Shown here in pieces: positions 43,773 through 54,138 of a stretch of DNA of 60,533 nucleotides. The stretch spans positions 1-60,533 of the forward strand of contig CAZPZW010000003.1 of NCBI GenBank assembly GCA_964591165.1, in the 5' to 3' direction. Position 1 is the first letter of the stretch. The number at the start of each line of letters is the position of its first letter. A program made the translations under genes and the position numbers. The notes under the pieces were generated by a model. It made no database searches and was not told the origin of the DNA. It worked only from the letters and a program-made list of their open reading frames with translations. Origin of the DNA: an uncultured Thermoanaerobaculia bacterium (GTDB taxonomy: Bacteria; Acidobacteriota; Thermoanaerobaculia; Multivoradales; JAGPDF01).

Positions 43773-46700
43773 TCAGTCGAAGAGCGGATGGGCCGGGCGG
43801 GCCGCCGGCCAGGGGCGGCGCGCCAGCGCCGCGGCGACCAAGCGCAGGCGCGGAGCGTCGGGCAGCTCACAGATCGCCTCGCGGCCGTCGAGCGGCAGGG
43901 CGATGCCGAAGAGGGTGGCGGTTCGGCAGGGGTCGACACGGCCCCGGCGGTGGCGATGCGGCGCGGTGTAGAGCACGGGCGCGGTGGTGAGGCATCCGGG
44001 CCGGACCTGCCGCAGGGCGTAACCCCAGGGCCAGCGCCAGGGCTCGTCGAAGCGACCGAGCGGCAGCGACCAGTCCTGCACGAGATGGCGGATGGGGCGC
44101 CCGGTGATACGAAACTCGACCTCCAGCGCGCCGCGCACGGTCGCTCCGAGGAGCACCAGCGTCGCGAATCCGGCGGGAATCGTGAGGCGCTGTCCGCGGC
44201 AGCGGGTGACGTTCGGGGCGCCCGCCGGCGAATCCGCGGCGAGCGTGAAGCTCAACCCGTCGACGCGCAGCTCGCGGGGGAAGAACTGCTGGGCCAACGC
44301 GTGTCCGCGCCGGTCGAAGCCGCCCCCCCGTTCTCCCGGAGCGGTGATTCCTCGCAGATCGTGCGGCAGCGCACAGGCGGGAGTCGATTCGGGAGGCGGC
44401 GTCTCCGAGAGAAGCTCGACGCCGAAGGTGGCGAGCCCGTAGGGCGGCAGCGCACGCTCGACCGTCTCCGGTTCGAGGGGGGAGTCCGGGTCGAGCGGCT
44501 GCTCGCGACCGTCGAGAGGGCGGAGTTTCGCCGATTCCAGGGTGGCGCCGCGCAGCCGGAGGGGAACCCCCCGGCCGGAGGTCTCGCGGAAGCGCGCCAC
44601 CAGTCCTGGTCCCGCCTCCTCGCCCTTGAGCGCCATGAGCTCGGTACCCGAGCTCGTGGATTCGAGCAGGGAGTACTCGCGGCCCAGGGGCCCTGGCGCG
44701 CGCGTCGCCCAGCAGGCGGTGAGGGGCAACCGGAAACGCTCGGCGAGCCGGGCGAGCTCGCCCGGAGCGCTCGGACCGCGCACTCCGGCGAGGGCATAGC
44801 GGAAGCGATGGTGGGCGAAGTCCTGGCGATGCTGGTAACGCAGACGCCGCCCGATCGCCGGGGTGTGCAGCAGGGTCAGCCGCAGGCGATCCTCGGCCGG
44901 GTGATCCCATCCCTGCGCGCTCTGCGAGAGGATTCCCAGACCCTGGCCGTTGCCATCGAGCAGGGCCGCCCACTGCTGGGCCGGAACCTCGTAGAGTCGG
45001 GCACTGTTGACCGGGCGTCCGATCGCGCCCACGCCCAGGTCGTAGAGCGCTTCGGGGCTCCGCCAGGGGACGCGGAATCCCGCCTTGAGGAGCGCCGCGT
45101 CGCTCCGCCAGTCGATCTCCTGCACGATCTCGAGCCAGTCGCCGGAGGCGCCGGCGGCGAGGCTCACCCGCTGGCGGAATCGAGAACCTTCGGCCCGCCG
45201 CACCACTTCGAAGGTGATCCGCAGCGGACCGGTCTCGAGCAGGGTGAACCGCTCGAGCTCGCCGACCCGGGTCCGGGGCGCCCGGCAGAGGTCGGCGTAA
45301 TGCATCTCCCAGGCCGGAAAGTAGGTCGACCGGTTGGCGAGGATCTCGAGTCCGGCGGGTCCGGCGAGCAACTCGCGGGCGAGCAGGAGGTCGTGCAGCC
45401 CGGCGACGTCGCCCGCCTCGTCGAGCGTCGCGCGGTAGCGCAGGTTGGCGAGCGAACGCTCCCCGGCTTTCAGTTCGGAGGTGGGGAGCTCGGTCGATCC
45501 CTCGCCGAGCCGGGCCTCGTAGACGGCGACACCGAGCGCCGGAACGCGGACCAGGATCAAGCCCTGCCAGGCGTCGCGAGTGTGGCGCCACTGCGCTGCG
45601 GCCTCTCGGCCGTCCGGGCCGATCATCCGCGGCGGGCGCTCGCCCGGCTCGGCGACCGTCACGGCAACCAGCTCCTCGCGCGGGTAGGGGAGCGGATTGA
45701 AGACCAACAGCGGTTCTCCCTCGGTTCGCGTATCCAGGGCGCCGGCCAGCGAGCCGATCGAGTCGGCGGCGATGCCGGCGAGCTCGTTGAGCGCCAGCGC
45801 CAGGTCCTGCGCGCTATACCGGTAGGCCGCCGGAATGCTCGTGCCGGTCAGGTCGTCGTGCATCTGATGGGTCAGCACGCGCAGCCAGGCTTCTCGCAGG
45901 CGGTTCCCGGGATAGGCGCGCCGGCCGGTGACGCGGGCCAGCGACGCGGCGCGCTCGGCGAGATCGGCGAGCCGCTCGGCGGAGCGGTGCCACCGTTTGA
46001 GCTGGGCACGCGAGCTGTAGCAGCCGGTGGCGTGCAACGAGAGGAGGAGCTCGCCACGGTACTCCGGCAGCCGCGCGCGCTCCTCGGGCTGCAGGTCGAG
46101 GAAGATGCGCTCCGAGGGCGCGATCCGGACCTCGAGCGGTCCATCGGAGCGGCTGGCGCGCTCGAGCCACTCGACGGTCGTCTCGGGGAGGGCGCCACCC
46201 CGATCGCCGAGCCCCTGGTAGGTTTCGAGCAACGCCGGACGGCCGGCTGCAGCGAGGGCCGCGAAGCGCCGCTGCCACTCCGGGTCGTGGGCCAGATCGG
46301 AGCTCGCCTGCGCGCCGTACTCGCCGGGATCGAGCACCGCGAGGAGCTCCGAGCCGTCGGGGCCGACCCAACGTCCGAACGGAAACGGAACGCCATGAGC
46401 CGAGCGCATGAGCGCGCCGCGGCGCAGCTTCTGGGTGGAGAAGCCGACGATGCCGGCGTGCACCGCGAGGGTGGGGAGGGCCCACCCGAAGCCGAAGCAA
46501 TCGGGGAGGAAGAGATCGCGCCCGCTCGCCCCCAGTTCCTCCTCGAACCAGCGGCGGCCGTAGAGAATCTGGCGCAGAATCGACTCGGGCGCCGGAAGGT
46601 TGGCATCGAACGCCTCCCAGGCCGCGCCGGCGGGAAACCAGCGCCCCTCGGTGACCCGCTGGCGCACGATCGCGAAGAGTGCGGGAGCGCAGTCGGCGAG

Positions 46701-46928
46701 CAGGCGGTAACGGAACGCGCCTTCGAAGGAGAGGACGTAGGCGGGGAAGCGCGCGAAGCGGCGCTCGTTCGCGCGCACCGTCTCGGGAAGGAAGCGTCGT
46801 GCGGTGTCACGCACCGTCCAGCGCCACTGGGTGTCGAGGTGCGAGAGCGCCACGACATAGAGCCGCGGACGGGGAGGTGGCGCAGGCGGGACGGCCACGC
46901 GGTCCGGGGGCGATGGTGGACGGGTCAC
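43773..46928 (-). CDS. Alpha-mannosidase, GH38, with C-terminal extension
   Basis: [22 protein letters not shown] (nucleophile region), FRWVGPDGS-like, [41 protein letters not shown]; candidate -10 TAGAAT at 46939-46944 (-). Confidence 0.93.
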   Translation of the reverse strand: MTRPPSPPDRVAVPPAPPPRPRLYVVALSHLDTQWRWTVRDTARRFLPETVRANERRFARFPAYVLSFEGAFRYRLLADCAPALFAIVRQRVTEGRWFPAGAAWEAFDANLPAPESILRQILYGRRWFEEELGASGRDLFLPDCFGFGWALPTLAVHAGIVGFSTQKLRRGALMRSAHGVPFPFGRWVGPDGSELLAVLDPGEYGAQASSDLAHDPEWQRRFAALAAAGRPALLETYQGLGDRGGALPETTVEWLERASRSDGPLEVRIAPSERIFLDLQPEERARLPEYRGELLLSLHATGCYSSRAQLKRWHRSAERLADLAERAASLARVTGRRAYPGNRLREAWLRVLTHQMHDDLTGTSIPAAYRYSAQDLALALNELAGIAADSIGSLAGALDTRTEGEPLLVFNPLPYPREELVAVTVAEPGERPPRMIGPDGREAAAQWRHTRDAWQGLILVRVPALGVAVYEARLGEGSTELPTSELKAGERSLANLRYRATLDEAGDVAGLHDLLLARELLAGPAGLEILANRSTYFPAWEMHYADLCRAPRTRVGELERFTLLETGPLRITFEVVRRAEGSRFRQRVSLAAGASGDWLEIVQEIDWRSDAALLKAGFRVPWRSPEALYDLGVGAIGRPVNSARLYEVPAQQWAALLDGNGQGLGILSQSAQGWDHPAEDRLRLTLLHTPAIGRRLRYQHRQDFAHHRFRYALAGVRGPSAPGELARLAERFRLPLTACWATRAPGPLGREYSLLESTSSGTELMALKGEEAGPGLVARFRETSGRGVPLRLRGATLESAKLRPLDGREQPLDPDSPLEPETVERALPPYGLATFGVELLSETPPPESTPACALPHDLRGITAPGERGGGFDRRGHALAQQFFPRELRVDGLSFTLAADSPAGAPNVTRCRGQRLTIPAGFATLVLLGATVRGALEVEFRITGRPIRHLVQDWSLPLGRFDEPWRWPWGYALRQVRPGCLTTAPVLYTAPHRHRRGRVDPCRTATLFGIALPLDGREAICELPDAPRLRLVAAALARRPWPAARPAHPLFD

Positions 46929-46998
46929 GGCAGCGGGGATTCTACCGGCGACCGACGGAGAGCCCGGCTATACTGGAGCGCGAGGAGGATCCAACGCG

Positions 46999-47862
46999 AT
47001 GGGTGACCCGGAATCGCGCGGTTACGCGCATCCCGACGTGCTGGTCTCCACCGACTGGGTGGCGGACCATCTGGCCGACCCTGCCGTGCGGCTCGTGGAG
47101 TCGAACGAGGATCCGCTGGTCTACCCCTCGGGCCATCTCCCGGGCGCGGTCGAGATCGACTGGACCCGGGACCTCAACGATCCGCTGCGGCGGGACTACC
47201 TCGATCGCGCCGCGTTCGCCGGCCTGATGGGTCGCCACGGCATCACGCGCGACACGGTGGTCGTCTTCTACGGCGACAAGAGCAACTGGTGGGCCTGCTA
47301 CGCCTTCTGGATCTTCCAGCTCTTCGGGCACGGCCGAGCGAAGGTGATGGACGGCGGGCGCGCGAAGTGGGAGGGCGAGGGGCGACCGCTGACGCGCGCC
47401 GTGCCCACACCGGCGCCGGCGATCTATGTCGCGCCCGAGCGGGACGATCGGCGCCACCGGGCGTTTCGGGATCAGGTGCTGGAGCACTTGCGGGCCGGCG
47501 GCCGTCTGGTCGACGTTCGCAGCCCGGAGGAGTTCACCGGCAAGCGCCTCCACATGGAGGCCTATCCCAACGAGGGCGCGCTGCGCGGCGGGCACATTCC
47601 GGGCGCCGCCAACGTACCCTGGGGCCGGGCGGTGGACTCGACGACCGGCGAGTTCAAGAGCGCCGGCGAGCTGGAGCGGATCTACGTCGAGGAGCAGGGG
47701 TTGCGGCCGGACGAGGAGGTCATCGCCTACTGCCGGATCGGCGAGCGTAGCAGCCACACCTGGTTCGTCATGACCTACCTGCTCGGCTTCCCGCGGGTGC
47801 GCAACTACGATGGAAGCTGGACCGAGTGGGGCAACTTGGTGGGCGTCCCGATTGAGCGCTGA
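46999..47862 (+). CDS. sseA: Two-domain rhodanese / thiosulfate-3-mercaptopyruvate sulfurtransferase (SseA-like)
   Basis: [38 protein letters not shown], active site [17 protein letters not shown]; -10 TATACT at 46969-46974 and SD GAGGAGG. Confidence 0.9.
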   Translation: MGDPESRGYAHPDVLVSTDWVADHLADPAVRLVESNEDPLVYPSGHLPGAVEIDWTRDLNDPLRRDYLDRAAFAGLMGRHGITRDTVVVFYGDKSNWWACYAFWIFQLFGHGRAKVMDGGRAKWEGEGRPLTRAVPTPAPAIYVAPERDDRRHRAFRDQVLEHLRAGGRLVDVRSPEEFTGKRLHMEAYPNEGALRGGHIPGAANVPWGRAVDSTTGEFKSAGELERIYVEEQGLRPDEEVIAYCRIGERSSHTWFVMTYLLGFPRVRNYDGSWTEWGNLVGVPIER

Positions 47863-48313
47863 GCGGGTGATTCCGCCGCGCCTTGCCGAGCTGGTGGAGA
47901 CGCTCGAGGGTCTGGGGCGCGCCGAGCGGATCGACTGGCTGATCTCGTTGGCAGAGCGTTTTCGCGAGGTCCCCGAGCGCCTCGCCCGGCGACCGTTCCC
48001 GGACGAACGCCGGGTACCGGGTTGCGAGTCGCAAGCCTTCGTCTGGTCGGAGGAGAACCCCGACGGGACGCTGTCGTTTCATTTCGCGGTGGAAAATCCG
48101 CAGGGCATCTCGGCCAAGGCGATGGCGGTCATCCTGGATCAGACGCTGTCCGGCGAGGCGCGGGAGGCAATCGCCAGCGTTCCGGCGGAGATCGTGGAGA
48201 GAATCTTCGGGCGCGAGCTCTCGATGGGCAAGTCCCTCGGGCTCGCGGGAATGTTGCAGGCGGTGCAGCGCGAGGCTCGGGCGCGGCGAGGTGTCTCGCC
48301 GGCGGCCCGCTGA
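47852..48313 (+). CDS. sufE: SufE family sulfur-acceptor protein
   Basis: [10 protein letters not shown] (conserved Cys), [19 protein letters not shown]; start TTG47852 or GTG47867, overlapping or adjoining the sulfurtransferase stop. Confidence 0.85.
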   Translation: MSAERVIPPRLAELVETLEGLGRAERIDWLISLAERFREVPERLARRPFPDERRVPGCESQAFVWSEENPDGTLSFHFAVENPQGISAKAMAVILDQTLSGEAREAIASVPAEIVERIFGRELSMGKSLGLAGMLQAVQREARARRGVSPAAR

Positions 48314-48353
48314 TCTCGCTGGCGGCATTGAACAGTCAGAGGAGGAGAGGGCG

Positions 48354-49652
48354 ATGATGCGACGGACGGGGAGCTGGCTGGTGCTGTTCCTGTCGGCGGC
48401 TGCGGCCTGGGGACAGAGCAGTGCGATCTCACAGGCGCAGCGGGCCCTCGACCTGGGGGACGCCGAGACGGCGCGCCCGGCGCTCGCGGCCGCGGCCGCG
48501 GAATCGCTGTTCCAACTGGCGCTCGCCGAGCGGGGCGACGCCCGCCGGGCGACGCTGGAGCAGGCGAGCGCGCTGGGTGGCAGCGGCTCCTGGATCGCCG
48601 CGGCGGCGCGGGGGGTCAATCTGCTCGACGAACGCAAGTTCACGGAGGCGGCCCAAGCCCTGCAGCAGGCCATCGCGGTGAACGGAGCCGACAAGCGCCT
48701 GCGCAAGCTCTTCGGCGACGCGCTGCGCGGTGCCGACGATGCCGCGGGCGCTCTCGCCGCCTACCGGGCCGCAACCGCCATCGATCCGGCCTACCCCGCG
48801 GCGTTGCTCGGCGTCGGCGATCTGCTGCGCCAGCAGGGCGATTTCGGCGGCGCCTTCAATGCCTACAACCACGCGGTCGACGAGCAGGGTCGCCCGGCCG
48901 CGGCGCTGCTCGGCCGGGCGGCCGCCAGCCTCTATCTCGGAGATAGCGACAAGGCGCTCGCGGACCTCGAGCGCGCAGCGTCGCTGCCCGCCTCCGAGGG
49001 GGACCGCTCGCGAGCGTTGATGGGCATCGTTTACGTCCGCACCTACCTGCGGCAACTGCCGCAGGGCCTGGAGCGGGCCGAGCAGGCGGTGGCCCTCTGG
49101 CAACAGGCCGGCCGGGCCGACATGGCTGCCTCGACCGCCAATGCCACCGCCAGGGTGCTCCTCGAGACCGGCCGGGCCGACGATGCCGACGCCTGGTACA
49201 GCCGCGGTCTGCAGATCGTCGAAGCCTCGGCGATGAAGCCCGAAGAGAAGGCGATCTGGCGCGTCCGGCAGCTGCACGGCGCGGCGCGGGTCGCGGCGCA
49301 GCGGCGCGACATTCGCGCGGCGCAGGCGCTGGCCGACCAGGCGAAGGCCGCGATGGACGCCGACCCGGCGAATGCCGAGCACTATCGATGGATCTACCCC
49401 TATCTGATCGGGTACATCCGCTGGCAGGACCGCAAGTACAACGACGCCCTCGAGCAGCTCAACCAGTCGGAGACCGAGCGGGCCTACATCGCGTACCTGA
49501 TCGCCGACTGCTACGCGCGGCTGCGCGATCGCGCGGCGGCGCGCACCTGGTACGAGCGGGCGCTCGCGGCCGCGGCGGGGCTGGACGCGGAGTCGGTCAT
49601 CGTGCGCCCCCTGGCGAGCGCCTGGCTGGCCAAGAATCCGGCCGGTTCCTAG
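48354..49652 (+). CDS. Exported TPR-repeat protein, 432 aa
   Basis: SD-rich GAGGAGGAGAGG; signal peptide ending AWG; Ala-rich helical TPR-like repeats throughout. Confidence 0.75.
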   Translation: MMRRTGSWLVLFLSAAAAWGQSSAISQAQRALDLGDAETARPALAAAAAESLFQLALAERGDARRATLEQASALGGSGSWIAAAARGVNLLDERKFTEAAQALQQAIAVNGADKRLRKLFGDALRGADDAAGALAAYRAATAIDPAYPAALLGVGDLLRQQGDFGGAFNAYNHAVDEQGRPAAALLGRAAASLYLGDSDKALADLERAASLPASEGDRSRALMGIVYVRTYLRQLPQGLERAEQAVALWQQAGRADMAASTANATARVLLETGRADDADAWYSRGLQIVEASAMKPEEKAIWRVRQLHGAARVAAQRRDIRAAQALADQAKAAMDADPANAEHYRWIYPYLIGYIRWQDRKYNDALEQLNQSETERAYIAYLIADCYARLRDRAAARTWYERALAAAAGLDAESVIVRPLASAWLAKNPAGS

Positions 49653-49674
49653 GGGCCTGCGGCGGAGCGCTCGG

Positions 49675-51357
49675 GTGGCGCCGGAGGGGGAGTCGCGGCG
49701 GGGAGGCGGCGCGCTGGCGGTCGGCGCCGGCATCCTGGCCAGCCGGATCGCCGGCCTGGTGCGCACCAGCGTCCTCGGCGCGTACTTTGGCGTCGGACCG
49801 CACGCCGACGTCTTCTCGGCCGCCCTGCGGATGCCGAATCTGCTGCAGAACCTGCTCGGCGAGCAGACCCTCTCGGCCGCCTTCATTCCCATCTACTCGC
49901 GCCTGCTCGCCCAGGGCCGACGGGAGGAGGCGGGACGTTTCGCGGGCGCGATCCTCGCCCTGCTCCTCGCCGTGGCGAGCGGCCTCGCGCTCCTCGGCAT
50001 GCTCGCCGCACGGCCGATCGTGGCGCTGCTGGCGAGCGGCTTCCTGCGCGATCGTGCGCTGGTCGCCCTCGGTGCCGCCAGCGTCGATCGCTACGAACTG
50101 GCGGTCGCCGCGGTGCGCTGGATCTTCCCCATGACCGCCGTGCTGGTGCTCTCCGCCTGGGCGCTCGGCGTGCGCAACAGCCATGGACGCTTCTTCGTCG
50201 CGTATTTCGCGCCCGTGCTGTGGAACGCCGCCATCGTGGGCGCGGTCTGCTGGGTGGCGCTGGGCGAGCGGAGCGGCGGCGGAGCGGTGGCTGCGACCGA
50301 CCGGCTGCTCTTCGCGGCCTGTGTCGGCGCGCTGGTCGGTTCGGTGCTCCAGTTGGCCATTCAGCTTCCTGGAGTGATGCGGGACCTCGAGGGGTTCAGT
50401 CTGGCCTGGAGGCCGCGCTGGGAGCCGGTGCGGGAGGCGCTGGCGGCATTCGTGCCGACGCTTGCCGGGCGGGGTGCGGTGCAGCTCGCTTCCTACCTCG
50501 ATCAGATTCTCGCCTCGTTCCTGGTCGCCGGCGCGGTGAGCGCGCTGGCCTATGCTCAGGTGCTCTACCTGCTGCCGGTCAGCCTGTTCGGCATGTCGAT
50601 CGTGGCCGCAGCGCTTCCAGGGCTCTCGCGACTGCATGCCGCGGCCTCGGAGGAAGACCTCGCCGCGGGCACCGCGCGAGCGCTCCGCCAATCGGGTTTC
50701 CTGAACCTGCCCAGCGCTCTGGCGTATCTCTTGCTGGGCCTTCCGGCGGTGGAAGGGGTCTACCAGCTCTTCGGGAGGCGTTTCGGAGTGGCTGAAAGCT
50801 GGCTCGTCTATCTGGTCCTGGCGACGTACGCCATCGGCCTTCCGGCGGCGACGGCGGCGCGTGTGCTGCAGTCCGGTTTCTACGCCCGCGGCGACGCGCG
50901 CACCCCGGCCCGAGTCGCGCTGCTGCGCGTCGGCTGCGGATTGATCGTCGGGCTGCCGCTCATGCTGTGGTTCGATCGCCTCGCGCTGACCGGGTTCGCG
51001 GCCGCGCCCACGGCGGGCGGGACGGCGTTGCGCCTGGGCGCCGTCGGCCTCGCCGCGGCCGCCAGCCTGGCGGCCTGGTTGGAGCTCGGCGCGCTCGATC
51101 GCGCCGCCCGCCGCCGTTGGGCGGCGCATCGTTGGCCGGCGCGCGAGTTAGGGATGGACGCGCTGACCGCCGCTCTGGCGGCGCTGCTGGCCCTCGCCCT
51201 GGCGATCGCCACGGCCGGGCTCGGTTGGCACCCCACACTCCGCGCGACCGCCGTCTTCGGGCTCTTCGCCTTGCTCTACCTGGGCGCCGGTCTGCTGCGC
51301 GGCGCCGAGCCGGCGCGCCAGCTCCTGCACCGCTTCGCGCGGCGGAGGGGAGCATGA
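49675..51357 (+). CDS. murJ: Lipid II flippase MurJ (MviN)
   Basis: SRIAGLVR, ADVF.AA.RMPNLL.NLLGE..LSAAFIP, APVLWN, LQLAIQLP, LYLLPVSLFG, FYARGD.RTP. Confidence 0.93.
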   Translation: MAPEGESRRGGGALAVGAGILASRIAGLVRTSVLGAYFGVGPHADVFSAALRMPNLLQNLLGEQTLSAAFIPIYSRLLAQGRREEAGRFAGAILALLLAVASGLALLGMLAARPIVALLASGFLRDRALVALGAASVDRYELAVAAVRWIFPMTAVLVLSAWALGVRNSHGRFFVAYFAPVLWNAAIVGAVCWVALGERSGGGAVAATDRLLFAACVGALVGSVLQLAIQLPGVMRDLEGFSLAWRPRWEPVREALAAFVPTLAGRGAVQLASYLDQILASFLVAGAVSALAYAQVLYLLPVSLFGMSIVAAALPGLSRLHAAASEEDLAAGTARALRQSGFLNLPSALAYLLLGLPAVEGVYQLFGRRFGVAESWLVYLVLATYAIGLPAATAARVLQSGFYARGDARTPARVALLRVGCGLIVGLPLMLWFDRLALTGFAAAPTAGGTALRLGAVGLAAAASLAAWLELGALDRAARRRWAAHRWPARELGMDALTAALAALLALALAIATAGLGWHPTLRATAVFGLFALLYLGAGLLRGAEPARQLLHRFARRRGA

Positions 51358-52487
51358 AGGGCAGGCGCCGCATCGCAGCGGCGGGGGCCGGGCTGCTGGC
51401 GCTCATGACGACTGGCTGCGTCAGTAGCGGGCTCGGGGCACGCCTCGAGGAGACGCTGCGCGAGGAGGCGGAGAGGCGCGGGGTTTCGCCGTCGGCGCTC
51501 GTCGTTCCCTTCGAGATCGACGAGGAGATGCGCGCCTGGGTCAACTCGTCGGTGCCGCGCTCGAACGAGCAGGAGATCCAGCTCAATTGGCTGTTGCAGG
51601 CGATCCTGGCGCGCGACGAGCGGCCGCTGCGCTACGAGGCGGGCTATACCGGCACCGCGTCCGAGGTCTTCCGCAGCGGCATCGCGAACTGCCTCGGTTT
51701 CACCCAGATGTTCGTGGCGATGGCCCGCGAGCTCAACCTGCCGGTCTATTTCCTCCGCGTCTCCGACCTGCAGAGCTTCGAACGGGACGGCGACCTGATC
51801 GTCGCGTCGGCGCACATCACGGCGGCTTACGGTACGGCCGACCGGCGGCGCATCCTGGATTTCGCCGAGCGACCGGTGCGCGCCTACCGCTGGGTGGACG
51901 AGATCAGCGATCTCACGGCGGTCGCGCTCTACTACTCGAACCGCGGCGCCGAGGAGCTGCGGGCCGGCAGCAACCGGGAGGGCCTCGCCCTGCTCCAGAC
52001 CGCGGTCAAGCTCGATCCGGAGCTCGCCGAAGCCTGGGTGAACCTCGGGGTGGCTTGGCGCCGGTCGGGGGATGCGCAAGCGGCAGAAGCGGCCTACCGC
52101 CGGGCCCTGGAAGTCGATCCGTCGACCGTGACCGCCTACCAGAACCTGGCGGCTCTGCTGCATCTCCTCGGCCGGCATCGGGAAGCGGAGGATCTGCTCG
52201 CCCTCATCGATCGCACCGGAAACCGCAACCCCTTCAGTTACCTCGCCCTCGGCGACCTCTCGCTCAGCCAGGGCCGGATCGCGGAGGCCGAGCGCTTCTA
52301 CCGCCGCGCTCTGCGGCTCGATCCCGAGCAGGCCGAATCGCACGCCGCGCTGGGTGGGTGGGCGGCGGCGGCCGGGAAGAGGAAGGAAGCGGAGCGCTGG
52401 TTGAAGAAGGCCCAGAAGCTCGACGCGACCAACCAGCGGGTGGCGACTCTCGCCCGCCAGCTGGCAGGGGCTGGCCACAAGAGCTAA
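51354..52487 (+). CDS. Lipoprotein with a transglutaminase-like (Cys-His-Asp) domain and TPR repeats, 377 aa
   Basis: Lipobox TTG-C; TASEVF..GIANCLGFT (Cys), SAHI (His), ILDF (Asp); C-terminal TPRs; ATGA overlap with murJ. Confidence 0.8.
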   Translation: MKGRRRIAAAGAGLLALMTTGCVSSGLGARLEETLREEAERRGVSPSALVVPFEIDEEMRAWVNSSVPRSNEQEIQLNWLLQAILARDERPLRYEAGYTGTASEVFRSGIANCLGFTQMFVAMARELNLPVYFLRVSDLQSFERDGDLIVASAHITAAYGTADRRRILDFAERPVRAYRWVDEISDLTAVALYYSNRGAEELRAGSNREGLALLQTAVKLDPELAEAWVNLGVAWRRSGDAQAAEAAYRRALEVDPSTVTAYQNLAALLHLLGRHREAEDLLALIDRTGNRNPFSYLALGDLSLSQGRIAEAERFYRRALRLDPEQAESHAALGGWAAAAGKRKEAERWLKKAQKLDATNQRVATLARQLAGAGHKS

Positions 52488-52493
52488 TCCGCC

Positions 52494-52970
52494 TCAGGCT
52501 ACGTCGGGACCGGCGCTCCGTTGGCGGAGCACTTCGTAGAGCGCCAGAGCGACCGCAGTGGACAGATTGAGCGAGCGCACCGATCCGCTCTCCTGCGGAA
52601 TGCGCACCAGCCGGTCCGCGAAGCGCTGCCGCAGGCCCAGCGGCAGGCCATCGCTCTCTCGCCCGAAGATCAGCGTAACCGGCGAGGGGTATCGCACGTC
52701 CCAGAAGGAGCGCTCGGCCTCGGCGGAGAAGAGGTAGGGCGCTCCGAGTCCGGGGAGGGCCGCCTCGAAGGCTCCCCAGTCCGCCCACCGGCGGGGGCGC
52801 ACGAGCGGCCAGTAGTCGAGGCCGGCCCGCCGGACCCGAGCTTCGTCGAGGGAGAAGCCGAGGGGACCGACAAGATGGAGCTGGGCGCCGGCGGCCAGAC
52901 AGGAACGGCCGGCGTTGCCGGTGTTCCAGTGGATCTCGGGCGCGACCAGTGCGACGTGGATCTGGGTCAT
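52494..52970 (-). CDS. trmL: tRNA (cytidine/uridine-34-2'-O)-methyltransferase TrmL (SPOUT), 158 aa
   Basis: LVAPEIHWNTGN.GR.C, PLGFSL....RRAGLDYW, IFGRESDGL, RSLNLS.AVA..LYE. Start reassigned to ATG52970. Confidence 0.95.
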   Translation of the reverse strand: MTQIHVALVAPEIHWNTGNAGRSCLAAGAQLHLVGPLGFSLDEARVRRAGLDYWPLVRPRRWADWGAFEAALPGLGAPYLFSAEAERSFWDVRYPSPVTLIFGRESDGLPLGLRQRFADRLVRIPQESGSVRSLNLSTAVALALYEVLRQRSAGPDVA

Positions 52971-53030
52971 GAAACCTCGGTCCGTTGGGGGCGTAGTGAT
53001 GGACGAGCAGTCTCCGGGAGGAGCCGTGAC

Positions 53031-54134
53031 ATGAGCAAGCCGATGAAGGTCGTGGTCGGGTCGATCGCGGTGGGTGTCGCCGCCCTCGGCCTGTTCGCCT
53101 ACACCCGCAACGCCTCCGCCAAGCAGGAGGGCCTGAAGACGGTCGACATCGTCCGGGGCACCATCGTCGACAAGGCCCTCGCCGTCGGTCAGATCGTTCC
53201 CGATCAGGAGATCCAGGTCAAGTCGCAGATCTCGGGAATCGTCGACAAGTGCTACGTCGAGGTCGGAGACCGAGTGGAGATCGGCCAGCCGCTCTTCGCG
53301 ATCAGTCCGGACCCGACCCCTCTGGAGCTCGCCGACGCGGAGCGCCGGGTACAGCTGGCGCAGGTGGCCTACGACAAGGCGACGCAGGACCTGGAGCGCA
53401 CTCGAACCCTGTGGAGCGGCGGCATCCTGGCCAAGGACAACTTCGACACCCGGCAGAAGGAGTTCGACCAGGCGCGCATCTCGCTCGAGCAGGAGAAGGA
53501 CAAGCTGGAGCTCTTGCGCGAAGGCCGGATCGTCCGCAAGGTGGGCGGGGTCGACTCGGTGATCCGCGCCTCGGCCGCCGGCACGGTGCTCGAGCGCAAG
53601 GTGAATCCGGGCGATCCGGTCGTCCCGCTGACCACGTTCCAGGAGGGCACGGTGCTGATGACCCTCGCCGACATGGGAACGCTCGAGTTCCGCGGCACGG
53701 TGGACGAGATCGACGTCGGCAAGCTCCACGAGGGGATGGAGGTCCGCATGCAGATCGGGGCCCTGCCGGGCAGCGCGGTGCTCGGCACCCTGACGCGCAT
53801 CGCGCCCAAGGCCCGCGAGAAGGAGGGCGCCACGGTGTTCGACGTCGAGGCGGCGATCGATCCCGGCAAGTCGAGCGTCACCCTGCGCGCCGGCTATTCG
53901 GCCAACGCCGACATCATCATCCAGGAGAAGCAGGGCGTTTTGCTGGTGCCCGAGCGGCTGGTGACTCTGGAGAAGGACAAGGCCTCGGTCGAGATCCCAG
54001 GCGAGACCCCCGAGGCCGAGCCGCAGAAGAAGGAGATCCAGGTGGGGCTCTCCGACGGCCTCAACCTCGAGGTCGTCGCCGGTCTCGCCGAGGGCGACAA
54101 GGTGGTCCAGCGCCCGGCCAAGGAAGTGGAGTGA
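53031..54134 (+). CDS. MacA-like periplasmic adaptor (membrane fusion protein), 367 aa
   Basis: SD GGAGG; N-terminal TM; IQVKSQISG, IRASAAGTV, GTVDEIDVGKL.EGM, LLVPERLV, VGLSDG..LEV..GL.EGD.V. Confidence 0.92.
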   Translation: MSKPMKVVVGSIAVGVAALGLFAYTRNASAKQEGLKTVDIVRGTIVDKALAVGQIVPDQEIQVKSQISGIVDKCYVEVGDRVEIGQPLFAISPDPTPLELADAERRVQLAQVAYDKATQDLERTRTLWSGGILAKDNFDTRQKEFDQARISLEQEKDKLELLREGRIVRKVGGVDSVIRASAAGTVLERKVNPGDPVVPLTTFQEGTVLMTLADMGTLEFRGTVDEIDVGKLHEGMEVRMQIGALPGSAVLGTLTRIAPKAREKEGATVFDVEAAIDPGKSSVTLRAGYSANADIIIQEKQGVLLVPERLVTLEKDKASVEIPGETPEAEPQKKEIQVGLSDGLNLEVVAGLAEGDKVVQRPAKEVE

Positions 54135-54138
54135 GGCG

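Noticed and set aside
46999-48313. Sulfurtransferase-SufE pair as a novel system
   Set aside because: This adjacency is already known (e.g. mycobacterial sseA next to a SufE-family gene).
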